Positions 50,286 through 63,255 are shown, numbered from the whole stretch's first letter. The stretch: DNA of 63,957 nucleotides, filler included, from Nemertoderma westbladi (GCA_032718475.1; 3 parts of 3 records of this genome joined end to end with filler, not necessarily neighbours in it), one strand, 5' to 3'. Notes: a model not told the origin generated them from the letters alone. Program-made: numbers and translations.

Positions 50286-51363
50286 ATAATGACACCACCA
50301 GGGGAAAAAACCCAAACACCTATACAGTATGTATTATTTCGTTATCAGTTCTATAATGTGTAATCCTAAACTAAAGAAATATACTTATGTTGGCTGGTTA
50401 TATACCCAACACGTTACGTGGGGGCTTATAGTAAATGAGCGTATTTCTACTGTACAAAATACACAATAGGGCCTACAATCTGTGCGTAGTTAAGTCGCAC
50501 CCTAGTTACAAATGTAATGTATAACCTACGTATTATATCCCTAAAGCTTTCCAACATCGGATCCGACATTTAATTAGTATTGGCACCAAATAAATGAAAA
50601 TATACAGTATGTAACATGAAGCGTTCTTTACACTCATTGAGGAGCAAAACAAAATAAAATAAATTAAATATCTCCTACGAATTTTTATATAATATATTTA
50701 AAGAACTAAACTGAAAACCTTATAAGTATCATATCCCAAAATAAATGAAGATATACAGTATGTAAATTGAAGCGTTTTTTACACTCATTGAGGAGCAAGA
50801 CAAACTAAAATAAATCAAACTAAATATCTTCTACGAATTTTTATATATAATATGTTTACGAACTTAAACTGAAAACTTTTAAACTAATTTCTAATAGATA
50901 TATTTACAATACCTAAAACTACATCGCAATATACAGTAAATAACTGGAAACAGGAAATATAACATCCGCACAAATTTCATATTAAATATTTCATATATAA
51001 TTAATATACTTGCCGACTCCCCCAACGTAGGGTTATCCAATATGTTGCTTAGACGCAAAATATGTAGTAAATGAGCGTATTTCTACTGTACCATAAGGTG
51101 CATTAGGGTTCAAAAAATATGTACGTAACAGTTTACTAATGTGGCGTTTACTAACGAGCTAGATCCTTTAAACTAAATTTGGGTATTAAAGCCTAAATAA
51201 ATTTACAATACACAGTCACGGAGCTTTATAATTGGTTTTTTCCGTTCCCAAAACTACGTAATCACATGCGCTTACTTTATGTTACATGTAAATCAGTTTA
51301 TATGATTGATATAATAGTTTCCCCACCAAATAAGAGCGGAACTGCTCGGTAATTATATGGTGT

Positions 51364-53598
51364 TCAAATTGCGGGTTTAGACGCATTCCATGGCGGTTTG
51401 AACCTGTATATGTAATTTGCCTCGGCATGGATCCTACTCGAGTCATCCCTGAACCTCCGGAAAGCCGTCACTCTCAGGTTCGATATTGGGCAAGACAGGA
51501 AATGCTCAAGAAGGATGTACTCGACGTTGTCGCATACATCCGGTTCAGCTTCCCTTCTGTAAGCCCTCATGGTTGACCTGTGTTTTGACAGTCGTTCCCG
51601 CAGGGCTTGCTCGGTTTGACCGATGTAGAAACCTTCACCGTGAGCTGTACACGTTAAAATATAAAGTACGTTAACCGATAGACAATTGAAAGACCCTGTA
51701 ATCCCCTCCCCCCACGGAGTTTCTTTAAAGTCCCTCATAGCATTACATGTTAAACATCTAGCCCTCCCACACGGTCGGTTCCCCCTCTCCCCCCCTCCCC
51801 CCCTTTTCTCTACTAACATATTCCCCAAGTTTCTACCGGGCGTCGGTGTCATAGTGACGCTGAAACCCTCCCTATTTAGTGCCTCCCTATGCTGTCTAAT
51901 GGTATTCCTCGTTGGTCCTGCATAGCGCATGTCCATCGAGAAATATGAGACGTCCATGTCCCGTTCCTTTTCCACCCTACACCTCCCCGCCCCGGGTTTA
52001 AACTTCCCATCTACCGCCAGTCTCCTTAATCTTTCCAACAGTGCCCGTGGATAACCCGAAATCAAACAATCTGTCAGATATCTGTCAACGGCGATATTCA
52101 ACGCCTCCCCCCCTCCCGTGAGTCTGACGTATCTTTGTAATTGGCCCGACACTACCGCCTCCAACATCCTTGCACTATGGAAACTCGAATACGGAATCGG
52201 TAATTTCCTCGACAAGGGTTTAAAATGCACCCCAGTGGTAATTCGGCCGTCCACGTTCCTAGATAACTCCATATCAAGGAAAACTGCTCGTTCCGTCGAA
52301 AATTCAACTGTAAAGGCTATTCCCGGAGTCCCAAATACGTTACAACAACCGGCATTGTAACGTTCTTTTATATCTTCCTTCTCGCTCTCCGTTAAACGTC
52401 CCGCGAAAATTCCTTGGCCGTCATCCACGAACGTGCGGAAGTATAACGCGCTGTACAAGGAAATTATATTAACATGCGAATGGATGCGGTCCACCGCTAT
52501 AACGGCGATAGATTTACCCGCCGGTCCCCCCATCCCCAATCCCTTAATCAAAACATAATATAAACGGTTGTGAGAAAAATACGTATGCTCGATGACGTAT
52601 TTTAATAATAAAGCTATTTGTTGTATCGAGTAACCAGTTTCTTCGCATAAATCCTCATTTTCCCTTATCACGGCGTCCACTGCGGCGAGGGCTACTTCGT
52701 GCGACACCGACGGATACATATCCACGACGTCTAATGACATAAACGTTGCGCTCTCCAACGGTTCCGATGGTAGGAAGGATCGGGCCGATGCGGAATCCTT
52801 AGTGAAGTGAGGCATACGTTCCAAGAGGGGTTGTATAATGGAGTTCAAAAGTTTCGCTGGACGTTCCGATAGAGTTCCCCGCGTAGCTATAATTGGTCTC
52901 GCTTTTGGTGCTTTGATTCCATCGCCCCAGTCCAACCAGGTGTCGACTTCCTTGTGATCCTTGAAGAGGGGGTACATATATCCCTCAGACGGATGTCTGG
53001 GTACCAAATACCGTTTCAACGATTCATCTTTGATATTCATATCTTTAATAGTCCTAATTAGGTCGGCGCGAAATCTACTCGTTGGGTCGTACTCCAGTTT
53101 GCGATAAGTTGATTCGTCGGCTAAAATTCTCTCTAGCTCCGCTTCCTTCACGCGAGTATCCACGATAATGACGTTCCCGGTTTTATCACCGCGGACGATT
53201 GATATGTCTCCATTCTTCTTTAAACCACGGATTTCCCTAAGTTGGTTTGCGCTAAGGTTTGGTTCCAACCACTTTGTTTCCTTTTTTTGTGATGAGCGTT
53301 CCACTGCTTTGTGTAGATCGTTGATGAATTCTTCTACGACTACATTATCCCCTCTAGGTGCTACGAATCTTTGTTTATATGGAATGGCTAATTGCTTATA
53401 CCGGAGCTTCCCGTGTATCCCTGCACCCACGTTGGAGTTTAACCTCCCTCCCCGTTGATCTCTGCTCGATACAGGCGAAATATCCCCTATATCCCCATTT
53501 CCCGTTCCTATGTTTGTTATATTCCTTACCATACCGGGTTGATTCGGTGTTGATGAGAGGATGTCGACTGATCCGCCCTCCCCCCCTCCCCCCTCGTC
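51364..53598 (-). CDS. Penelope RT + GIY-YIG endonuclease (open frame, N-terminus missing)
   Basis: GDKTG, RPII, SLDVVDMYPSV, GLGMG, FRTFVDD, FLDM, HFKP. Cys linker PCGRARCLTC...FNCLSVNVLYILTC...YIGQT...LRERLSKH. Confidence 0.92.
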   Translation of the reverse strand, partial: DEGGGGEGGSVDILSSTPNQPGMVRNITNIGTGNGDIGDISPVSSRDQRGGRLNSNVGAGIHGKLRYKQLAIPYKQRFVAPRGDNVVVEEFINDLHKAVERSSQKKETKWLEPNLSANQLREIRGLKKNGDISIVRGDKTGNVIIVDTRVKEAELERILADESTYRKLEYDPTSRFRADLIRTIKDMNIKDESLKRYLVPRHPSEGYMYPLFKDHKEVDTWLDWGDGIKAPKARPIIATRGTLSERPAKLLNSIIQPLLERMPHFTKDSASARSFLPSEPLESATFMSLDVVDMYPSVSHEVALAAVDAVIRENEDLCEETGYSIQQIALLLKYVIEHTYFSHNRLYYVLIKGLGMGGPAGKSIAVIAVDRIHSHVNIISLYSALYFRTFVDDGQGIFAGRLTESEKEDIKERYNAGCCNVFGTPGIAFTVEFSTERAVFLDMELSRNVDGRITTGVHFKPLSRKLPIPYSSFHSARMLEAVVSGQLQRYVRLTGGGEALNIAVDRYLTDCLISGYPRALLERLRRLAVDGKFKPGAGRCRVEKERDMDVSYFSMDMRYAGPTRNTIRQHREALNREGFSVTMTPTPGRNLGNMLVEKRGGGGERGNRPCGRARCLTCNAMRDFKETPWGEGITGSFNCLSVNVLYILTCTAHGEGFYIGQTEQALRERLSKHRSTMRAYRREAEPDVCDNVEYILLEHFLSCPISNLRVTAFRRFRDDSSRIHAEANYIYRFKPPWNASKPAI

Positions 53599-53665
53599 CC
53601 GAGCAGTTCCGCTCTTATTTGGTGGGGAAACTATTATATCAATCATATAAACTGATTTACATGTA

Positions 53666-55690
53666 GGCTCATTCCATGAAAAGGTCAACCTCCCCACTAA
53701 TTTCGAAAAATGAGATGTAGCTTTGAATTTATACTTCTTTTAAGTCAAAATTTATCGTACTTCCTGAATTCAGTGCTAAAAATTGTATCAACACAGGTGG
53801 TTTCTCAAAAATAGTCGAATTACAAATTATGCACCTGCTCTGCACAAAATGTGAATAAAAGTGTGCAAAAGTTTCGTTTCCAGTAGGCACTTCCTATGAC
53901 CAATAAATTAACATTTCTGAGCATGTACCAAATCAAAAACAAACCCATTTTCGAATTTTTTTGGTTTCATTTAATTTCACCCGTGATTAATTCCTCTGTA
54001 ATGAAATCGATAAAGTTAATCATGTGATGTCCCATACTTTACCCAAAATAGTGAAATTTTTAGTTTATTCACAGAGATGTAACTCAGCCTAATCACCCAG
54101 TGGAATGCAAAGCACGTTTGTGTTGCGTCATCGTATAAAACAATTAGTTTCATCTTCACTCCCTCAGAAATATCATGGCGGCCAATTGAAAATTGTCCCA
54201 TACTTTACCATTAAAATGGCGATTATATTAGTGCACTGTATTAATGTAATATGTGAAGCCAGGAGTGATATAATACTCTAAGGTCATATCGGCCGTAAGA
54301 ATAGGAGTCTATATTTAGACTGAGAATCATTCCTCAGTCAAGAAATCTTTGGGTTTATGCATGTAAAGTCCCATACTTTACCAAAAAATAGTGACATTTT
54401 TAATTTATACACAGAGAAGTAGTCAACTCAGCCCAATCACCCATTGGAATGCAAAGCACGTTTGTGTTGCGTCATCTTAAGATCAATTACCTGTAGTTTC
54501 ATAATCTACTCCCTCAGAAACATCATGATCACGGCCAATTGAAAATTGTCCCATACTTTACCATTATAATGGCGATTACATTTTAGTGCACTGTATTAAT
54601 GTAATATATGAATGAAACCTGGAGGGCAGGAGTGTTATAATGCTTTAGGGTGATAGTAGTGGGAAGGATAGAAGTATGTATTTGAACTAAGAATCATTCC
54701 TCAGTTAACTAATCTTTGAGTTTATGCATGTAAAGTCCCGTACTTTACAACAAATTTCAAAAAATTTAGTTTTTTAGCAGATAAGAAGATCGGTAAGTAC
54801 AGTAATTTATACATTTTTAGAAAAATGGAAAGAATTTCTAAACTTTTCACAGAATACATGTGCACCAAGTTTGGTTATACAGTATTTCATCAATGATTGG
54901 CGGACTTATTTCGGTTTTTATCAAAATTTTGAAACTATCGGTACCAACAGACATAATATCTGATATGTGACCTTTGATTCCTTAAACTTCAGATTATTTC
55001 CAAACTTTTGACAGACTTTATACGTGCCAAGTTTGGCTTAATTTCATCTATAAATGACCGAGTTATACAGTATTAGCGATCAAAAATTAGACAGATGACA
55101 GACAACTCCTCAACGGCACCCATATGCTAAGACTTCAGGTCAATTTGTGGGTCGCCCCACATTTTGCATCCATATCTTGGTTGGAAATACTTAGTTGTAC
55201 TTTATTATCACTAATTATCCAGAAATTACTGTTAGGTTAAGTGTAAGAGACCATTTTGACCATAAAATTCGTACAGGTCCCGTACTTTACTTAGCAATGT
55301 CCCATACTTTACCACACACACCACACTGTAAAAAATTAGCAATGTAGCAATTCGTCTCATATTTATATTTTTATTTAAGCTTAATAATACAGCATTATCC
55401 TAAACATCAACTCAACACCGTACCTGCGCACAATTCGCTAAATTTTAGAATTGAAATCATAAAATAAAAAAAACCATTTCGTACGAATCCGTACTTTACC
55501 TTAATTGGACAAGCTGGTGTTTTCTCAAAAGTGACTAAGTCCCGCCATAAGCTTCGCGAAATCAAAGCTGATATTCGAAAGTTCAATCCAAGCACAATTT
55601 TGTGCACATCTGTGCTGTGGATAACATTGTACAGGCAATCAAAGTTCAAAATTGTGTACGAATGTCCCGTACTTTACTTTGGAATGAGCC
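53666..55690. mobile_element. Non-autonomous DNA transposon with 11-bp TIR and 4-bp TSD
   Basis: GGCTCATTCCA...TGGAATGAGCC with TSD TGTA. The empty site is visible in the other Penelope arm. Internal GTCCCRTACTTTAC motif recurs about 8 times. Confidence 0.88.
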
Positions 55691-56647
55691 TGTAACATAA
55701 AGTAAGCGCATGTGATTACGTAGTTTTGGGAACGGAAAAAACCAATTATAAAGCTCCGGGACTGTGTATTGTAAATTTATTTAGGCTTTAATACCCAAAT
55801 TTAGTTTAAAGGATCTAGCTCGTTAGTAAACGCCACATTAGTAAACTGTTACGTACATATTTTTTGAACCCTAATGCACCTTATGGTACAGTAGAAATAC
55901 GCTCATTTACTACATATTTTGCGTCTAAGCAACATATTGGATAACCCTACGTTGGGGGAGTCGGCAAGTATATTAATTATATATGAAATATTTAATATGA
56001 AATTTGTGCGGATGTTATATTTCCTGTTTCCAGTTATTTACTGTATATTGCGATGTAGTTTTAGGTATTGTAAATATATCTATTAGAAATTAGTTTAAAA
56101 GTTTTCAGTTTAAGTTCGTAAACATATTATATATAAAAATTCGTAGAAGATATTTAGTTTGATTTATTTTAGTTTGTCTTGCTCCTCAATGAGTGTAAAA
56201 AACGCTTCAATTTACATACTGTATATCTTCATTTATTTTGGGATATGATACTTATAAGGTTTTCAGTTTAGTTCTTTAAATATATTATATAAAAATTCGT
56301 AGGAGATATTTAATTTATTTTATTTTGTTTTGCTCCTCAATGAGTGTAAAGAACGCTTCATGTTACATACTGTATATTTTCATTTATTTGGTGCCAATAC
56401 TAATTAAATGTCGGATCCGATGTTGGAAAGGTTTAGGGATATAATACGTAGGTTATACATTACATTTGTAACTAGGGTGCGACTTAACTACGCACAGATT
56501 GTAGGCCCTATTGTGTATTTTGTACAGTAGAAATACGCTCATTTACTATAAGCCCCCACGTAACGTGTTGGGTATAACCAGCCAACATAAGTATATTTCT
56601 TTAGTTTAGGATTACACATTATAGAACTGATAACGAAATAATACATA

Positions 56648-57913
56648 CTAGAAAGGCATTTCCTAAAGGAAATGCAACCACGAAGCTAAGGAAAATTAAA
56701 CAAAGGGCCACAATTTGGTTTGTTGCTTAGCCGAGTTTAGTAGCATTTGCCCATCAATAACTTATATTCCCATGGAAACTAGAGTTCTCTGGAACTGTTG
56801 GTTTAACCTTTGGAAAGAGATTCAGTCCAGATTGTGGTTCAGATAACACATACCAAGTTTCAGAAAATATTGTAATTTATGTCCAAATTAGGGATTTTCT
56901 ACCAAAATGCATCTGTTTGCAGTGGTTGTCATGGAAACTGAAAAATAGAACATGTAATTCGGATACAGAATAAGTCATAGTGGGGGTAGGTGTTGGTCCC
57001 AAGTCATTATACTATTAAATTGTGCTTCAAATTATCATTTTATAAATTTTAACATCTGTTTAGTCTTGTTGCTATGGTAACTGGATTGTGTAATTAACCT
57101 CGAACGGCTTGTATATGGACCTTATAGATGAGTTGCAAAACCCCATATTTATATATATTACATCATTTTGCTACAAATAGAGTTATGAATATAGACTTGA
57201 ATGATATAATCTGTAATAAACTCCAGTTACCACGGTAACTAGATATTTCTGGAATGTTTTGAGTTTCACTAAAAGTTCCAACTAGTGGTCTAGTTAACAC
57301 ATAACCAGTTTCGTAAAATTTTATCACGAAGTATACGTCCAAATGAGTAATTTTTGTATAAAAACATCTGTTTACAGCGGTTGTCATGGAAACTGCAAAA
57401 TAGAACAATGAAATTTGGACGCAGAATAAGTTATATAGTGGGGGTAGGGGTTGGTCCCAAATCATAACACCTTAACCTTAGGCTTCAAATTAACATTTTA
57501 TAAATTTTAACATCTGTTTAGCCCGGTTGCCAAGGTAATTGGAATTTCTATTTAACCTCAATCGGCTCTGCTATGGACCTTATAGTTGAGTTGAGAAACC
57601 CCAAGTTTATATCTATTATAGTTTTTCTAAAAATAGAGTTATAAATATTGACTTGAAATACATAGACTTTTTTATAAGTCCGTTGCCATGGAAACCAGAT
57701 TTTTCCTGGATATGAGACCCATCCCACACGACGCGCCTTGATGAGTAGTATATACATGCAAAATTTCAGGGTACTTTTAAAGGCTAGTTTTTTCCCCGAC
57801 CAAAAAAAACCAAATCTGCCCCACACAAGTAAAATAGCCCACTATGAATAGACCATCTCAGCTAAGGAAAATCTTTCTTAGCGAAAGTAGTTGATTTTCC
57901 TTAGCTTCGTGGA
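56648..57913 (-). mobile_element. Non-autonomous Helitron/Helentron-like element
   Basis: Minus strand runs 5'-TC...hairpin GCATTTCCT-TT-AGGAAATGC...CTAG-3'. No TSD relative to the empty arm. 19-bp subterminal IR CCACGAAGCTAAGGAAAAT. Internal ~450-bp duplication. Confidence 0.85.
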
Positions 57914-58304
57914 CTGTATAGGTGTTTGGGTTTTTTCCCCTGGTGGTGTCATTATTAAAGGTGCATGTTTGTTTAATGTTGTTTACTTGCTACTATTGTT
58001 TTGAATGGATCTGGTTTAGCAATTTGCTGTCACGTATATGTAATATAAAGAAGGATAGGCCCTAAAACTACGAACTACGCGTAGTTACAAGGGAGGGGAT
58101 ATTGGGCAGCACCCCACCCCGGGGTCCTGTACCGGTCCGGTACCTAGACCAGTACTACATGACCGCTGTGGTGTAGTTGGTTGCGGTGTTTTGTAGTTAC
58201 TTCAGTACTTACCTAGGCCTATTTTTGTACTTTTTTATTGTAACATGTATGTAAATATAAGTAACTGTATGTAGTCGGTGTGGTTTCTGTCCGTTTTGTT
58301 TTGA

Positions 58305-58350
58305 TTATATCCTGAAGATGGCCCTAGTGGCAGAAATTAATTGATAATAA
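58305..58350 (+). ncRNA. Candidate minimal (degenerate) hammerhead ribozyme in the Penelope pLTR
   Basis: TATC-CTGAAGA-T-GGCC(CTAGT)GGCA-GAAA-TTAA-TT-GATA: core boxes, short stems I and II, palindromic AATTAATT stem III. The G10.1-C11.1 pair is mismatched. Confidence 0.45.
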
Positions 58351-58444
58351 AGAACCTGTTTTGTTTTCTCAGTTAGTCACCAGGGCTGTAATAACTCCAT
58401 AAAGAAAACCCATATTTCCTATATTACAATGAATGCCCTAAAAT

Positions 58445-59387
58445 CGGCTTGCCGCGGACTGAATGTTCTCAATGTTTGGTGGCTGCCCAAGCAAGTTGCT
58501 GAAGTGATTTTTCCACTTCCCAACACGTTCTTCAGGACTATCGGCTTTGAGGCGCCCCTTTGCACAACTTTTCCGACCAGATACCTCATTTACAGTTTGC
58601 CAGGTAAGTCTTGATTGTTGCTGTATGTGAGCAGTTGTAATTGCTTCAGTTTTATCCTGTATGTACTTTTCCTGGCTGATGTTGTAAGCCAATTTAAGAT
58701 CGTCCTTAGCTTTCTCAACCTTGTTAATGTTTTCGGTTGTTGGTTGTTCGGTTTTAACTTTGTAGGCTATCTTAAGATCTTCTCTCTTACAAGTAACCTC
58801 AGTGTTTTGCCATGGCACATATTGTTTTCGTTTGGGTTTCTGGGGGATATGCCTCTTAGCTGATTCCTTGTGGGCTGTTATTATATTCTGGTATATTGAA
58901 TTGGTGGATTGGTCTTCATCCATTGACTGAAGTGCTTCATAGCGGTTTTGAACTTCTACTGTATAAGCATCCTTTACAGCATTGTCAGTTCTGAGTTTTT
59001 CCCAGTCATATTTGATTTGCTTGCTTGTCCTGGGTTTGCTGGCTCTCAAACTGAGTCTGATCTCTGCAGTCACAATTCTGTTGAACTTAGGTTGCCAATT
59101 AGGTTGAACGAGCTGTATGCCTCGCAGTTGATCATGCTGTTTCTCCACTTTTTGTTTATGAGGATGTAATCCAGTTGTGCTTTGGTTCCATTAGGGTATT
59201 GAAAGGTCCATAGCTTCCCCTTACTCTTTTCGAATGTGTTGTTTGTTGGTATCAATTCACATTCTTCCATTAGGTCTAAAAGTAAGTACCCATTTCTGTT
59301 AGAACTGGTGTTATAGGTGTAACCCTTGATGTCTTCTGGGCCAATTTGGGCATTCAGGTCACCAGCAATGACTTTAACATTGTTTTA
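58445..59387 (-). pseudogene. RTE-like LINE fragment (APE endonuclease C-terminus + linker)
   Basis: IAGDLNAQIG, NRNG, WTFQYPNG, QLDYILI, then RYEALQ...PW...WKNHFSNLLG. Confidence 0.85.
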
Positions 59388-59584
59388 AGGGTAGAAGCGT
59401 TGCAAATTTCAATTAGACGTTACCCACATTATATCCAGACATACCCCATACGTATGCGTATGCGATGCGTATGCGATGCCCTCAAATCCACACCAATTGT
59501 TCAAAAAGTTGGATGGTTTTGTTTCGTTTTCTTACCTTCCCCTCCCCCTTTCTCTCCTTTCCAACCCACGCTTACTTGGTTGAT

Positions 59585-59780
59585 GGCCGGCCCTGCAATG
59601 TATTGGTTGTGGGTTCGAGCCCCGCCAGGGTTCACTCAGCCTTTCATTCCCCATGGGTCGATAAAACGAGAACCAGTTGAATTACTGGGAGCAAAACTTT
59701 GGATAGGAGTAGCGACCACCCCTACCTTCGGCGATTTGAAGCATCGTCCCTTTATTTGCAAATACTCAGTGGAACTAAAA
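59585..59780 (+). mobile_element. SINE fragment related to 14791-15064
   Basis: B box GGTTCGAGCCC followed by CTCAGCCTTTCATTCCCCATGGGTCGATAAAACGAGAACCA. Confidence 0.6.
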
Positions 59781-60848
59781 TAACTGACTGTTAAACTATC
59801 CAATACCTAAAACTTTGACCATTTAGACATTATATAGATATGTAGCGACCACCCCTACCTTCGGCTTCATTATCTAATTTCGCCTATTGTGTGGATGTTA
59901 CAGACATTTGACTGCCAACAACTTTAAATTTCCAATGTCAAAGACTAAACTTAATAAATACTTTATAAAGTTTCCGATATTTCAATTTTTTGTTGATTTC
60001 ATTTGGTGTATGTTTGTTGTTTACCTTATGAAAGCTGATAAATTCTCATTAAGCAGCACATAATTTTATATTCTCGGATACTTAAGGCCGGAGTTCCCTT
60101 CCCGTCTGAACACTTTGTTAAACGTCAATTACGATACAATTTATACTGAAATTAAAATATTTTGATTTTATACAGAATGGGCTGTTAGAATATGGCTAAA
60201 CATTTGTTTTTTCGAAAAATTCTCAAATTTCCACTCGCCCTGTAGCGGCCATTGAATTAAATAAGTGTTGCGGTTAGAATGCTACTAGTAATTCAATTTT
60301 AGGTAAAATTTTCTGAAACAAATTTTTTTCGAATTACGGAGGTGAGCTTCACAAAAGTTATAGGTTAAAATTTTTATTTTTGCCTTTTTATGAAAATTTA
60401 TTAATATTTGGCAAAATTTTAACAAATTTTTGGCTTGAATGTTAAAAATTTGCTCTAAAACAGAAATATAAAAATTCCAACCGATAACTTTTACAGAACT
60501 GCCGAAACCCTTTCAAATGAGCCAAAAATAAAGAAAATTGGTTAAAAAATGGCGGAGGAGTAGTTGAAAAATGTCATTCCGAGATAATTGCTTTCAAAGT
60601 TTAAACCTTCCCGCCAAAAGTGGCTGTCTGTGGTCTGGTTGGTTAATCAATTCTGGAACGAACGACGCACATCACCGAGCTAAAACTTTCAATATTGGGG
60701 TTTTCGGGATCGCTGATTTCATTTCCAATGTCAGTTTTAAGGTTTGGTGGAATCTGTAACCAGCTGCAATTGTAACAAGTTTATTGTCGAATAAAAATTA
60801 CATTTATCTCCCTCAACCGGTATATATTTACTCGTGAGAAACGAATAC

Positions 60849-61329
60849 CGGTATTCCAATACCGATATATAAATATTTCGGTATTCCAATACCGATATAT
60901 AAATATTTCGGTATTCCAATACCGATATATAAATATTTCGGTATTCCAATACCGATATATAAATATTTCGGTATTCCAATACCGATATATAAATATTTCG
61001 GTATTCCAATACCGATATATAAATATTTCGGTATTCCAATACCGATATATAAATATTTCGGTATTCCAATACCGATATATAAATATTTCGGTATTCCAAT
61101 ACCGATATATAAATATTTCGGTATTCCAATACCGATATATAAATATTTCGGTATTCCAATACCGATATATAAATATTTCGGTATTCCAATACCGATATAT
61201 AAATATTTCGGTATTCCAATACCGATATATAAATATTTCGGTATTCCAATACCGATATATAAATATTTCGGTATTCCAATACCGATATATAAATATTTCG
61301 GTACTCCAATACCGATATATAAATATTTC
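60849..61329. repeat. 30-bp tandem array (CGGTATTCCAATACCGATATATAAATATTT) x16
   Basis: Units are identical except one substitution in the last unit. Confidence 0.97.
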
Positions 61330-61759
61330 CCACTTTCCCACAAAATGACAAATTTGAATCAAATTGTCTGGATTTGAAAAAAATACGCAATTGTAATTGG
61401 GTATTTTTGCTTTTTGAAAATTGACCCCAATAACTGGTGAAGGATTTGGGTGCATGTTTCTTTTTTATTTAATTTTCTGTATTTAGTTTTCATTCAATTA
61501 TTTGTAACAATATTAATTGGTTTATTTTTGGATCTCGGGTGTTTATTTCGATTTAACACTTGTTTACTTGGCGCAGGGGTAGTGTTGGTTATTACTTTAC
61601 TTATCTTCAAATTATTTCGCTAACTTGCATAATTGCCTAAAAACAATTGTCTTAAAGTTATGTATAAAACCAATATAAATATACAACATTGTGTAATATT
61701 TCATATTTCAATCTATATTTTGTAGTCATTTGATTGGCTACCTGTGCTAGTTACCTTGG

Positions 61760-61878
61760 TTATCTATGTGGACTTCTTGAAGTCCTTCGATTCAGTCTCC
61801 CGACAACATATATGTTCAGCAATATATACTTGCATTATATAGGATTCCTGAAGAAATTATTGCAGCCAATCAGATCAC
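61760..61878 (+). pseudogene. Short decayed RTE fragment homologous to ~1648-1757
   Basis: GTGGACTTCTTGAAGTCCTTCGATTCAGTCTC...GGATTCCTGAAGAAATTATTGCAGC. Confidence 0.7.
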
Positions 61879-62862
61879 TCAAAACTCAAAAGCAGCTGTA
61901 ATTATAGAACCAACCTTCAAATTCATCTGAAATTTGGTAGTAGTAGCCTATGAGCTGAGCATTGCTTAATTAGAAATTCTACAGACAGACAGACTTTACA
62001 GTTCCTCTTACGAAGTTCCTCTTAGCGTTGCCGCTAGGGGGAAAAATACCAGAGCTCCAATTCATCGGGCTTAGCCCGTTTAAATGAATTGATAACACAA
62101 TAAAGTAACACAAGCTGGCAATAATTGTTTACCCTAAGAATAGAGCTCGCATTGCACAAATATCATCTCAAAACCTAATTTTCTGTATGAGCCGTCGTTA
62201 TGCCTATATCTAACGCTTCTCCAAATTTCGTTTCAATTGTTTCTTAAATAACGGAGATATCGCTCTGGACACACACACAGTACGGTAATAATGGTCACTT
62301 ATGTCAATAGGACCGTGAACCAATAAAAATATCAGTAATATACAGTAGCAGTGTGATTGGGATAATAATGGCTCCCACTACTCCTTCTCTATCATACGAT
62401 TAAAAATAAACACACGAGATTTGATATGATATCGCGAAAAATTAGAACATTTTTGTTCAATTCCTTGACACAAGCAACCTCTCTGGCCGTCGGTAAATAT
62501 AATACATCGATAGTAAAGAAAATAAACGAAGTAATCAAACTTCTCAAGTTATAAATATTTAAATTATCCCATTGACAGCTTTTATAAGCCATTCGACGTT
62601 TCGCATATTATTTTTAATTTATAAGTAATTTAATTAAAATTCCATTTCCACAATGCTTTCAGATATTAATAATTTAAACTATTTAAGCCAACACACCTGC
62701 TGGCTGTTGGTGCTTCTACGGCACTTAACAAACCAACTTTAATTTATTACAGTCATTCATTCGCTTTATTTATCTCTGTTTCAATCAATTTATAAAGTTT
62801 ATATATGAAGTAAAATCACAACTAGATACCGTCAGAAGAGAGGGGAATGTAAAGTATTGTAC

Positions 62863-63255
62863 TGTGGAACGAGTTGGGGCTGATATGGAACGAATTGGGG
62901 CTGAAGGGAAACAAGTTAGGGCTGATGTGGAACGGGTTGGGGCTGATGTGGAACGGTTTGGAGGTAAGGTGGAACGGGTTGGGGCTAATGTGGAACAGAT
63001 TGGGGCTGATGTGGAACGGGTTGGGGTTGTTGTGGGACGGGTTGGGGCTGTGGTGGAATGGGTGGGGGCTGATGTGGAACATGTTGGGGCTGATGTGGAA
63101 CGGGTTGGGGCTGATGTGGAACGGGTTGGGGCTGATGTGGAACGGGTTGGGGTTGTTCTGGGACGGGTTGGGGCTGTGGTGGAATGGGTGGGGGCTGATG
63201 TGGAACATGTTGGGGCTGATGTGGAACGGGTTGGGGCTGATGTGGAACGGGTTGG
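62863..63255. repeat. 21-bp tandem array (GGGGCTGATGTGGAACGGGTT), about 18 units
   Basis: Seen directly. Confidence 0.95.

Larger units (their letters stand above)
50285..58430 (-). mobile_element. Penelope-like element (Neptune type), 5'-truncated, with an inverted pLTR/3'UTR copy
   Basis: 50285-51349 is the reverse complement of 53599-57956 once two insertions are removed. RT + GIY-YIG ORF lies between the arms. The right boundary is approximate. Confidence 0.85.

Noticed and set aside
53599-53697. N-terminus of the 777-aa Penelope ORF
   Set aside because: It derives from the inverted arm and the inserted TIR element, so it is not the real start.
60737-61455. Long repetitive ORFs and a possible CRISPR array at the 30-bp palindromic repeat
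   Set aside because: Units are contiguous with no unique spacers, there are no cas genes and the context is eukaryotic. The ORFs are by-products of a stop-free 30-mer.
61890-62330. Further HINE-like fragments ((CAGA)n plus terminal hairpins)
   Set aside because: Suggestive, but no empty site or second copy is available to define boundaries.
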